This document shows positions 44,554-52,203 of a DNA stretch of 52,203 bases, piece by piece (the first letter of the stretch is position 1; each line of letters opens with the position of its first letter). The stretch covers positions 1 to 52,203 of the forward strand of contig JBIIAS010000001.1 of the NCBI GenBank assembly GCA_044239795.1, given 5' to 3'. Below the pieces are notes generated by a model. That model was not told the origin of the DNA, searched no databases, and saw only the letters and a program-made list of their open reading frames with translations. The position numbers were made by a program, and so were the translations under genes. The DNA comes from Candidatus Nanopelagicales bacterium (GTDB lineage Bacteria > Actinomycetota > Actinomycetes > S36-B12 > UBA5976).

Positions 44554-45483
44554 ATGTATCCAGCTCGCGACCTCTACACAGTTGTCGTACCGCCTGCTGA
44601 CCAAATTGATGGTGGCGTGGAATCTGGAATTGTCCTAATTCATGGACTAACTGGATTCATGGATGCCGGGGGTGGTGGCCGCCTGGCTGTGGCACACATC
44701 TTGGAGACCATGAAGAATCGTCCGGTTGCTTACTTCCACATCGATTCGCTTTACGACTACCGCGGGCGTCGCCCGAAAACTATTTTTGATTCAGACCATT
44801 ACGAATCTATGGACTTGCCTCACATCACTCTTTCCGAAGTGACTGATGGCGAAGGCCAAACCTTCTTATTACTTCACGGCGTTGAACCAGATCTTGGTTG
44901 GCAAAGCGTGGTTCGCAGTGTTATCGAATTGATTCGTGAGTACGGAGTTCGCTTAACCGTGGGTATGCATGCAATTCCTTGGCCTGCTCCACACACTCGT
45001 CCCGTTGAGATCACTGCACACTCTTCTGATCCAGAACTAATTGGTATTCACCAGCCCTGGGTTGGCCAAGTTGAGATTCCAGGCAGCCTGCCAGCGCTAA
45101 TTGAACTCGAAGCAACCAAAGCAAAGTTGCCAGCAATGGGTTACGCCGCTCATGTCCCGCATTACTTAGCAGGCGGTGACTACCCAAAGGCAGCGCTTGC
45201 ACTACTTGATCAGTTGGCTCTAAGCACTGGTTTAGTTTTACCGCGCGACACCCTGCGCACTGCTGCCGCCGAGATGGATGCTGATATCGATAAGCAAATT
45301 CTTTCGATCGACGAGAACCGCGAAGTTGTTGCATCGCTTGAGCAACAGCATGACTCAATGATGGAAACACGTCGTGAGTTAACTGCAGGTTCTGACGGCA
45401 GTATGGTCAGTGGCGATGAATTGGCTGCGAGTTTTGAACAATACCTTGCCGAGATGGACGAAAAAGGCGAAACCGAAAGTTAG
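44554..45483 (+). CDS. PAC2 (proteasome assembly chaperone 2-like) family protein
   Basis: 309 aa. The N-terminal LIHGLTGFMDAGGGGRLAVAHIL pattern and acidic C-terminus are as in actinobacterial PAC2 proteins. RBS is AGGAG. Confidence 0.7.
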   Translation: MYPARDLYTVVVPPADQIDGGVESGIVLIHGLTGFMDAGGGGRLAVAHILETMKNRPVAYFHIDSLYDYRGRRPKTIFDSDHYESMDLPHITLSEVTDGEGQTFLLLHGVEPDLGWQSVVRSVIELIREYGVRLTVGMHAIPWPAPHTRPVEITAHSSDPELIGIHQPWVGQVEIPGSLPALIELEATKAKLPAMGYAAHVPHYLAGGDYPKAALALLDQLALSTGLVLPRDTLRTAAAEMDADIDKQILSIDENREVVASLEQQHDSMMETRRELTAGSDGSMVSGDELAASFEQYLAEMDEKGETES

Positions 45484-45500
45484 TCGCCTGCTTAAACTTG

Positions 45501-46553
45501 CTAAGCAAAAACTGTGTCAGGGAAAACTAAAGTTCCAGGATCAAGAACTACGCCTACGCCAATTTGTGCGCGCTCTGCAATAACCGTGTCAACAATCTGA
45601 CAGTCACTAGAGATCTTTGCTGCCGTGCTGACAATCGAATTCGTGATGTGAGTTCCGCTACCAACTTCAACATCTGCAAAAATTACACTTCCAGCAATGG
45701 TTGCGCCAGCACCCACAACTGCGTTGTGTCCGATATAGGTACCTCCAGTTATCGAGGCGCTGCTGTCAACTTTTGCAGTCGGTTCGATTAAAGATTCACC
45801 TGTGCGGCCCGCAAGTAACGGTGACGGTGCGATTCCTCTCACTAGGTCTGCTGACCCTTTAGCGAAGGCAAGTGGAGTTCCAAGATCTAACCAATAACCA
45901 TCGTCAACTACACCAATCACCATTCGATTGGCTGCAAGTAATTCTGGGAAAGTCTCTCGCTCTACCGAGACTGGTCGATCACTCGGAATTGAATCAATGA
46001 CCGAGCGCTTAAAGATATAGCACCCTGCGTTTATTTGATCGGTAACGATTTCTTCTGGAGTGGTTGGTTTTTCTAGAAACTCTAAAACTCGGCCATTGGC
46101 GTCAGTTGGGACCAGTCCGTACGCTCTTGGATCTTCGACTCGAGTCAAGTAAAGAGCTACATCAGCATCCGCATCCCGCCATTTTTGAACTAAACCAGCG
46201 ATGTCTAGTCCGGTTAAGACATCACCATTAAAAACCACAACTGGGTCATTGGGCCCGCAAGTTAAGTGCTCGGCTGCATTTCTGATGGCACCACCAGTAC
46301 CTAGTGGCTCATCCTCGACCGCATAAACCAATTCCACGCCGACCTTTTCGCCATGACCAAAATGTTCTTCAAAAACTTCGGCACGATATGAAGTGCCCAA
46401 AACGATTCGTCTAACTCCAGCTTTACGCGCAAGTGCAATTTGGTGGTCTGTGCAGGCATAACCAGCAACTGGCAACATCGGCTTTGGTGTCGAGATTGTG
46501 AGTGGACGCAACCGAGTGCCTTGGCCACCAACTAACAAAATTGCTTCTAACAC
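45501..46553 (-). CDS. NDP-sugar pyrophosphorylase (mannose-1-phosphate guanylyltransferase-like) with C-terminal LbH domain
   Basis: 350 aa. Motif LVGGQGTRLRPLT and C-terminal hexapeptide repeats. Its position resembles Rv3264c. Confidence 0.85.
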   Translation of the reverse strand: MLEAILLVGGQGTRLRPLTISTPKPMLPVAGYACTDHQIALARKAGVRRIVLGTSYRAEVFEEHFGHGEKVGVELVYAVEDEPLGTGGAIRNAAEHLTCGPNDPVVVFNGDVLTGLDIAGLVQKWRDADADVALYLTRVEDPRAYGLVPTDANGRVLEFLEKPTTPEEIVTDQINAGCYIFKRSVIDSIPSDRPVSVERETFPELLAANRMVIGVVDDGYWLDLGTPLAFAKGSADLVRGIAPSPLLAGRTGESLIEPTAKVDSSASITGGTYIGHNAVVGAGATIAGSVIFADVEVGSGTHITNSIVSTAAKISSDCQIVDTVIAERAQIGVGVVLDPGTLVFPDTVFA

Positions 46554-46583
46554 GTAACCAGCCTAACCTTCAACAGTTTCAAA

Positions 46584-47300
46584 CTAATCAAGCGTCACGA
46601 TCTTCTCGACTTTTTCCTGTCTCTTAACATCTTCAAGGTTCACATTTGACTGCTCTATCAATACAACGGAAGATCCAAAAGAAATAGGGAGAATGACTTG
46701 AAATACTAATCTGCTTACGAGATCTAATGAGCCACGCAAACCATAACTCGAACCAGAATCCAAATTGTGCGCTTTAGCTAACTGGTTTGAATGTTCAAGT
46801 AATTGATCCCAAGTGAATTCACCATGCTTTGAGCGCAATACGACTTGATCTGGTGCGACTGCCCACGCTGGGGCAAAGTAATCACCAAAATTTCTCACTT
46901 CTGCGGAGCCATTCACAAATTTAGGATCAACTGTCTTATCAGGCATTCCAAACGGATCTTGGCTGACAACAACAAAGGACTCATCAGATCCCTGCCAACT
47001 TTTAGCCTGGGAACTTGTTCCAAAAGTTACGGTTGGTTCTTGCTCTGTAATCGTCAATCCTGTTGCCAATGCGGCGCCAAGCCATACCGGTGATTGCCAA
47101 TGGTTACCAAGTAATACATTCATAGATGATTGGTCGTCGAGTTCTAATCCCTCAACCAAAAAGTTACTTGCTTTATTGACGGCATTTGCAAAAGTAATTG
47201 CAGAGAGTTCAATTCTCCCAAAGTCACTTAACCAGGTAACAACCGGTTTCGGACCAGAGTTGGCCACCACCTGTTTCAGGGATGCAAAAAAATCAGCCAT
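46584..47300 (-). CDS. TIGR03089-like conserved actinobacterial protein
   Basis: 238 aa. Lies between the sugar pyrophosphorylase and the LCP neighbourhood, as that family does. The start directly abuts the amidase stop (TAAATG). Confidence 0.6.
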   Translation of the reverse strand: MADFFASLKQVVANSGPKPVVTWLSDFGRIELSAITFANAVNKASNFLVEGLELDDQSSMNVLLGNHWQSPVWLGAALATGLTITEQEPTVTFGTSSQAKSWQGSDESFVVVSQDPFGMPDKTVDPKFVNGSAEVRNFGDYFAPAWAVAPDQVVLRSKHGEFTWDQLLEHSNQLAKAHNLDSGSSYGLRGSLDLVSRLVFQVILPISFGSSVVLIEQSNVNLEDVKRQEKVEKIVTLD

Positions 47301-49439
47301 TTACTTTGCGGTGTATCTTCCGACAGCCGTTGGTGATGAACCAGTCAAATTCTTTTCAACGACCAGAATTCTGACTTTATCGCCTGGCTTTGTATTGATG
47401 ACTTGGAAAGAATCTAGATTCTTAGTCTTGGTCCAAGCAGTCCACTTTCCGCCATTAATAGATACTCTGGTGAAAAACCCAAGTGACTCATAGTCGCCAC
47501 CCTTGGCGCTCCAACTTGCAGTTGCTGCGTTTGGTTTTGATTGAGTAAAAGTAAATCCAGTTACTGCCTCAGGCCTTGGTGGTGAATAAGGCAAAACTAC
47601 ATACCTTTTTTGGACGACTTTAGATTCACCTATTTGGTTTCGCCCACGCAACTCAACGTAATAAGTTTTTCCTAGCCTCCATCGAGACGTTATCAACACT
47701 GTATTGGTGGCACGAGTCCATTTAGTCCAGGTTTTTTTGCCATCTAACGAGATTCTAAATTCATTGGACGTTACAGGAGTAATGCCCGCAGTACGCGCCT
47801 CCCAGCTAACTTTAGTTTTGATCGGACTTATCCTGGTGAACGAAACCTTGTTCAGAATCTTGGGTGGGGATGCGATCGTTACAAATCGTCTTGCCTTGGG
47901 CAGGTCCATTGTCTTGTGTGTTGCTTTAACTACTACGTAGTATCTACCAGCTACAACCGGATTTCCCTTTTGATCGGACCTATTCCAAACGTAATTAACC
48001 TGCCCCGTTACCTTTTGGGTACCAGATTCAGAGTTAACCAATAGTCCGGTCGCCTCATTAAAAACTTTAATTGACCACTTTGCAGTCGCTGGAACAGTCA
48101 CTCTAACCTTTACGCTTTCCGTAGAGGCCAGATCCAAATTACTTGGCTGAACTGATAAATCTCGGATGACAGGGAGCAGGATCGTCGCAGCTCTGGCTCT
48201 AATGGCATCCATATAGGGGTAAAGATAACGACCTGGGCACACTGTATAACCGACATCGCGATGCGCAGTTATTACCTTTGTGACTGCGTATTCCCCATAT
48301 TTGTATTTCGAAGATCCAGACTTGTCAGTTGAAAGAATCTCTGCTGTGCCGTTTGGATCTAGGCCATAAGGAGCAATCTTCCAAGCAACCAATTCTGATA
48401 CAGACTTAACAATTGCTTCAGGATTTTCTGGCGCAAGCACGTCGTAGTTTCCGATTACGGATACTCCGAAAGTGTCTTGATTAAATCCTGCCGTATGCGC
48501 TCCTCTTGACGGCATGGCTGGGCCGTCACAAGTTAGCGCATCTTTCACTGCGCAGCCGTCTCTGCCTTCGTATATGGTTCCAAATTTATCGACCAAGAAG
48601 TTATAGCCCATGTCCGAATACTTCAAACTTTTTGTGAAGTACGCATAAAGGTTTCGCATTTGAGCTGGTGCTTGATCTGCCGTGTAGTTATTTGTAGATG
48701 CAGTGTGATGCACGATTCCTGCGATAACTTTTGTCCCCATGCGAGGATTCGCCTCACGCCAAGTTTCATCCGCGCCCCACTCTTCCCGGCTAACAATACG
48801 TGGACGAGGTACGACTGCTCCTTGTGGAGACACTGCAGCTTCTGCAGATGAATTAAGGGATCTAGCTTGAAATCCGATATTGTTTGTCGGCTCTTGCAAG
48901 CTTTGCGCTGCAATGTTTCTATCTTGATTTGTAACCTGTGAATTAATCAAAGTCACTTTAAGATCTGTTGGAGTCACACCCGAAGTATTTTCCATCATGA
49001 CTTCAACGCCATCAGCTAATCCTGTTAAAAGTGGGTCGCTGCCTACTCGAGATTTTGTTCCCTCGCCATCGTTCTCGACAACACTTTGGTACTCGCCAAA
49101 CTCAAGCTTGAACCAAGCTGACCATTTTCCGGATTCTCTGACGCGAACCTTAAACTCGGTTCCTTTTGATACCAGTCCGGTCCAAGTTAGGCCAACTAAC
49201 GTAAATGGTTTAACGCTTTGTGTTGGCAACAACGTGGTAGTTACTTTGCCGGTCGATGATGAAACAGCCTTTACTTTTGGAGTAACGGGCAATTCATTTA
49301 CAGTTACTGGAGGGGTATAACCCGAAATTGCCTGAACCGAGCCAGCCGCATTAGCTGGAACAGAAATAAGAGCACCCGCCACAATTGCCGTTGCCATAGA
49401 AAGGCACAGCACACTTAGTGGTTTTTTGCGGGGAAGCAT
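47301..49439 (-). CDS. Secreted N-acetylmuramoyl-L-alanine amidase (Amidase_2/PGRP) with C-terminal Ig/FN3-like repeats
   Basis: 712 aa with a signal peptide. Amidase core IVHHTASTNNYT...MGYNFLVDKFGTIYEGR...GAHTAGFNQDTFGVSVIGNY. FlgD-Ig-like segment (GRYYVVVKA) and about 2 FN3-like modules (W..W). Confidence 0.85.
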   Translation of the reverse strand: MLPRKKPLSVLCLSMATAIVAGALISVPANAAGSVQAISGYTPPVTVNELPVTPKVKAVSSSTGKVTTTLLPTQSVKPFTLVGLTWTGLVSKGTEFKVRVRESGKWSAWFKLEFGEYQSVVENDGEGTKSRVGSDPLLTGLADGVEVMMENTSGVTPTDLKVTLINSQVTNQDRNIAAQSLQEPTNNIGFQARSLNSSAEAAVSPQGAVVPRPRIVSREEWGADETWREANPRMGTKVIAGIVHHTASTNNYTADQAPAQMRNLYAYFTKSLKYSDMGYNFLVDKFGTIYEGRDGCAVKDALTCDGPAMPSRGAHTAGFNQDTFGVSVIGNYDVLAPENPEAIVKSVSELVAWKIAPYGLDPNGTAEILSTDKSGSSKYKYGEYAVTKVITAHRDVGYTVCPGRYLYPYMDAIRARAATILLPVIRDLSVQPSNLDLASTESVKVRVTVPATAKWSIKVFNEATGLLVNSESGTQKVTGQVNYVWNRSDQKGNPVVAGRYYVVVKATHKTMDLPKARRFVTIASPPKILNKVSFTRISPIKTKVSWEARTAGITPVTSNEFRISLDGKKTWTKWTRATNTVLITSRWRLGKTYYVELRGRNQIGESKVVQKRYVVLPYSPPRPEAVTGFTFTQSKPNAATASWSAKGGDYESLGFFTRVSINGGKWTAWTKTKNLDSFQVINTKPGDKVRILVVEKNLTGSSPTAVGRYTAK

Positions 49440-49562
49440 AGTTACAGTCTCCCAGAGGAACAGTCACAATTGCCTCATCTGTCACACCAGATTCGCTGTA
49501 CTTTGGTCACATTTTTCCCAAAAATCCCGAAAACATTGAAAACTGGTACTTCAGGGATGACG

Positions 49563-49572
49563 TACGATCGTA
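49563..49572. promoter_or_regulatory. Perfect 10-bp palindrome TACGATCGTA in the amidase / LCP divergent intergenic region
   Basis: Read directly. It is self-complementary. Confidence 0.4.
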
Positions 49573-49641
49573 TAGTGCCCGAAAGCAGGGCCTACTCAGC
49601 GCTAATCAGCCGAGTAGCGAATTCACCGGGGGTGTCAGGTA

Positions 49642-51147
49642 ATGGGCAAGCATCGCGCGCCTGGCACAGAATCTGCCGCACATCCTTGGCTACGAAAAGC
49701 TACTGCCGGAATTTCGATCTTCATCTTGATTGCAACTTCTCTTGGTGGTGGAGCTGTTTACGCAATTAACGGTCTTGGTAAAAACATCATTGCTTTAGAC
49801 ACAAGCGACTTAAACGATCAGGATCGCCCGGAGACGGTCGAACAAACAGATACCAGTGCAACAAATATCTTGATCATGGGTTCAGACTCGCGAGAAGGTT
49901 CTAACGGCTCGTATGGAAATGTAGACGGCGCGCGATCTGACACAACTCTCCTAGTTCATGTCTATGAAGGACGAGAAGCTGCAACTGTTGTTTCCATTCC
50001 TCGCGACAGTTTTGTGGAAATAGCAGGCTGCAAAATGTTAAATGGCGAGCAGTCAGATCCTTACAAAACTAAATTCAATGCTGCATTTGCCATTGGTGGT
50101 CCGATCTGCACAGTTAAGACAGTGGAGAAACTCACCAACGTAAGAATCAACAATTTTGTTGTAGTTGATTTTGAGGCATTCAAAAAAGTTGTGGATGCCA
50201 TTGGTGGTGTTGAAGTTTGTCTAACTTCTCCTGCATATGACCCAGTAGTGCCAGGACGAGGTGGCTCTGGATTAGATCTACCAGCTGGGTACAGCACAAT
50301 CTCTGGGGAGCAAGCGCTAGCTTTTGTCCGCGCTCGCGAATCCCTTGGTGATGGAAGCGACTTGAGTCGTATTACACGCCAGCAAGAATTTATTGCCTCA
50401 ATGATTCGAGGTATGACAGAAAAAGGTTTGTTAACGAATCCTGGAATGATTTATCGTGTCTTGAATGCGGTAACAACTTCAATAACAACTAACCCTGAGT
50501 TTGCGAAAATTAGTTCGTTACAGGAATTTGCACTTTCTCTGGGGAATTTGAAGCCAGGCAAAATCAACTTTGTCACCACGCCTTATGAAATGGTTGGAGG
50601 TGGCAATGTTGGCTGGACGGCTGAAGCAGATGAACTGTGGTCAGCCATGCGTTTGGATAGACCTTGGCCTCCGGTAGTTCCAAGTCCATCAGCAACTCCA
50701 ACTGTCTCGCCATCAGCGAGCGCGACCGCACAGCCGGCTGCAGCTTTGACCCCAGGCGATATTTCGTTTTCCGTACTCAATGCCACGAGCGTAGTCGGGT
50801 TAGCTAGAACTGCAGGTGCCGAACTTGAAGCAAAAGGTTACGACGTAATAAAGGTTGGAAACTCAACACAACGCCTTACTGCTACTGAGATTCTCTACAA
50901 GTCTGAAAACTTGGCACAAGCTCAAGCACTTGCTAAAGATATCGGTGTTACAAAACTAACTCTTGATGAGACCTTGGTATCACCTGTGGTGCTGTTGATT
51001 GCAACTGACTGGAAAGATGGAAGTGCAAATCAAACTGCTAAGGCTCCGTCTGCCACTGCATCAGCGTCACCTTTGCCTTCTGCCAGTCCAACCGAAGGTA
51101 CTGCTGCGGCTGCAACCTGCACTAAAGGCAACAATCGCGTCAAGTAG
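49642..51147 (+). CDS. LCP (LytR-CpsA-Psr) family glycopolymer transferase with LytR_C domain
   Basis: 501 aa with an N-terminal TM. Motifs ILIMGSDSR, RSDTTLLVHV and SIPRDS. C-terminal LytR_C-like segment (FSVLNATSVVGLARTAGAELEAKGY). Confidence 0.9.
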   Translation: MGKHRAPGTESAAHPWLRKATAGISIFILIATSLGGGAVYAINGLGKNIIALDTSDLNDQDRPETVEQTDTSATNILIMGSDSREGSNGSYGNVDGARSDTTLLVHVYEGREAATVVSIPRDSFVEIAGCKMLNGEQSDPYKTKFNAAFAIGGPICTVKTVEKLTNVRINNFVVVDFEAFKKVVDAIGGVEVCLTSPAYDPVVPGRGGSGLDLPAGYSTISGEQALAFVRARESLGDGSDLSRITRQQEFIASMIRGMTEKGLLTNPGMIYRVLNAVTTSITTNPEFAKISSLQEFALSLGNLKPGKINFVTTPYEMVGGGNVGWTAEADELWSAMRLDRPWPPVVPSPSATPTVSPSASATAQPAAALTPGDISFSVLNATSVVGLARTAGAELEAKGYDVIKVGNSTQRLTATEILYKSENLAQAQALAKDIGVTKLTLDETLVSPVVLLIATDWKDGSANQTAKAPSATASASPLPSASPTEGTAAAATCTKGNNRVK

Positions 51148-51169
51148 TTTCGATCTAAGTCTTGAGTTG

Positions 51170-52165
51170 CTAACTTGACTTAGGTCTACTCGTTAGGAAT
51201 CCAACTCCCCATGACATCTGCATGGTTGCCAAAACAATTGGCAGCCAAAGTGCCCCACCACGTGCTCGCTTAACCAATGTCAATGATGAAACAAGTGTCA
51301 GGGCAACATATCCAAATGGAAAAACATATCCCCAGGCAAGTGCGTTGCCCATAACAAAGCCAATGGTTCCAAAAATTTTGCCTAGAACAATCAATAGAAC
51401 TGCAAGTGGTGGCGCGAAATATCGCAGCGCTGATTTGCGAGTGCGAGTTTCTGGATGACGACGCATAACTTCATGTCGCCAAGAACCGTATTCAAAATAT
51501 TGTTTAGCAAGTTTGCGAACAGATGAACGTGGTCGATAGGTCACAAACAAATCTGGATTGAACCAGACAATGCCACCAGTCTCACGAATTCGGTGATTCA
51601 TTTCCCAATCTTGTGCACGGGTGAATTCAGGATCGTAGCCGCCAACACGTTCTAGTGCACTTCGCTTGAATACGCCAAGATAAACCGTTTCGGCTGGACC
51701 TTCGTTGCCACCAGTGTGAAAAGAAGCTGAGCCAACACCTAATGGAGAAGTCATGGCAGCAGCTACAGCTTTTTCAAACTTGGTAACGCCACGGGCTCCC
51801 ATGATTCCGCCGACGTTGTCGGCACCGGTTCGCTGCAAAGTTTCAACCGCAAGGCGAATGTAACCATCCGATAGCTCGCTGTGAGCATCGACGCGAGCCA
51901 CGATCTCTTGCTTTGTTGCAGCCAGAGCTGCATTCAAACCTTCCGGCGTGCGCCCGGTTGGATTTTGCACCGAACTTACTCGTGAATCACCAGCACAAAT
52001 TCGAGCCGCCACTTCATTCGTTAGATCAGTCGATGGGCCGAGCGCTAAGACCACTTGGATTGGACCCTCGTAATCTTGCGACAAAATTGCCAATACTGCT
52101 GCCTCTAAGTAGTTCTCTTCATTGAGAACTGGCATAACTACCGCTACATCTGGCCATTGCGTCAC
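51170..52165 (-). CDS. Glycosyltransferase family 2 with C-terminal membrane helices
   Basis: 331 aa. Motif VVMPVLNEENYL, DAH (DxD-like), and a hydrophobic C-terminal third. Confidence 0.85.
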   Translation of the reverse strand: MTQWPDVAVVMPVLNEENYLEAAVLAILSQDYEGPIQVVLALGPSTDLTNEVAARICAGDSRVSSVQNPTGRTPEGLNAALAATKQEIVARVDAHSELSDGYIRLAVETLQRTGADNVGGIMGARGVTKFEKAVAAAMTSPLGVGSASFHTGGNEGPAETVYLGVFKRSALERVGGYDPEFTRAQDWEMNHRIRETGGIVWFNPDLFVTYRPRSSVRKLAKQYFEYGSWRHEVMRRHPETRTRKSALRYFAPPLAVLLIVLGKIFGTIGFVMGNALAWGYVFPFGYVALTLVSSLTLVKRARGGALWLPIVLATMQMSWGVGFLTSRPKSS

Positions 52166-52203
52166 AAGACAACGCTATCGGTTCGATAAACTGCTTCAAT
52201 GAC

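Noticed and set aside
49440-49641. c-di-AMP (ydaO) riboswitch upstream of the amidase or LCP gene, and likewise in the muramidase leader at 16804-16898
   Set aside because: Isolated fragments resemble pieces of the motif (CGCTAATC, CCCGAA, GGTGAATTC on the opposite strand). The remembered core elements (GGGGACCCA, paired pseudo-symmetric halves) are missing. The 16.8-kb leader is too short. A covariance-model scan is needed to be sure.
49470-49769. 99-aa plus-strand ORF spanning the amidase/LCP intergenic region
   Set aside because: It runs into the LCP coding region out of frame, has no RBS and has no recognisable motif. It is more likely promoter/leader DNA.

Overview
Very gene-dense, mostly minus-strand chromosomal segment from a streamlined, moderate-GC actinobacterium. 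I support 54 CDS and 3 tRNAs; the largest non-coding gap is about 200 nt. From memory (verify), gene order follows three M. tuberculosis neighbourhoods. (1) Rv1026->Rv1002c: ppx, DUF501, ftsB-like, eno, mazG, mfd, pth, rplY, prs, glmU, tRNA-Gln, tetR, ispE, rsmA, an rpfB-position gene, tatD, metG, rsmI, pmt. (2) Rv0996->Rv0990c: GlpR/SepX-like membrane protein, rimJ-like GNAT, moeA-like, galU, 5-FCL, fmdB, SAF. (3) An Rv3264c-Rv3268-like envelope block: NDP-sugar pyrophosphorylase, TIGR03089, LCP, GT2. Against this backbone the apparent accessory insertions are: an OatA-like acyltransferase, a copZ-copA cassette, an AT-rich single-gene island encoding a glucuronyl C5-epimerase-like lipoprotein, a crcB pair, a 64-aa orphan gene, a SHOCT/DUF6325 pair, and a low-GC multidomain amidase. 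I found no CRISPR array, transposase, integrase, rRNA or recognisable defence or toxin-antitoxin system, and no convincing novel multi-gene system. The most unusual items are: a class-I-shaped tRNA with a Leu (UAA) anticodon; a MoeA-like protein missing its catalytic N-terminal segment, in the gephyrin-like Glp/GlpR division-cluster context; that cluster being interrupted by foreign-looking cargo; two unrelated 28-bp-period repeats flanking pmt; and a recurring AGTTGA-N4-TCAACT palindrome near the orphan gene and yceI. All functional calls rest on motif recognition and remembered synteny, not on searches.
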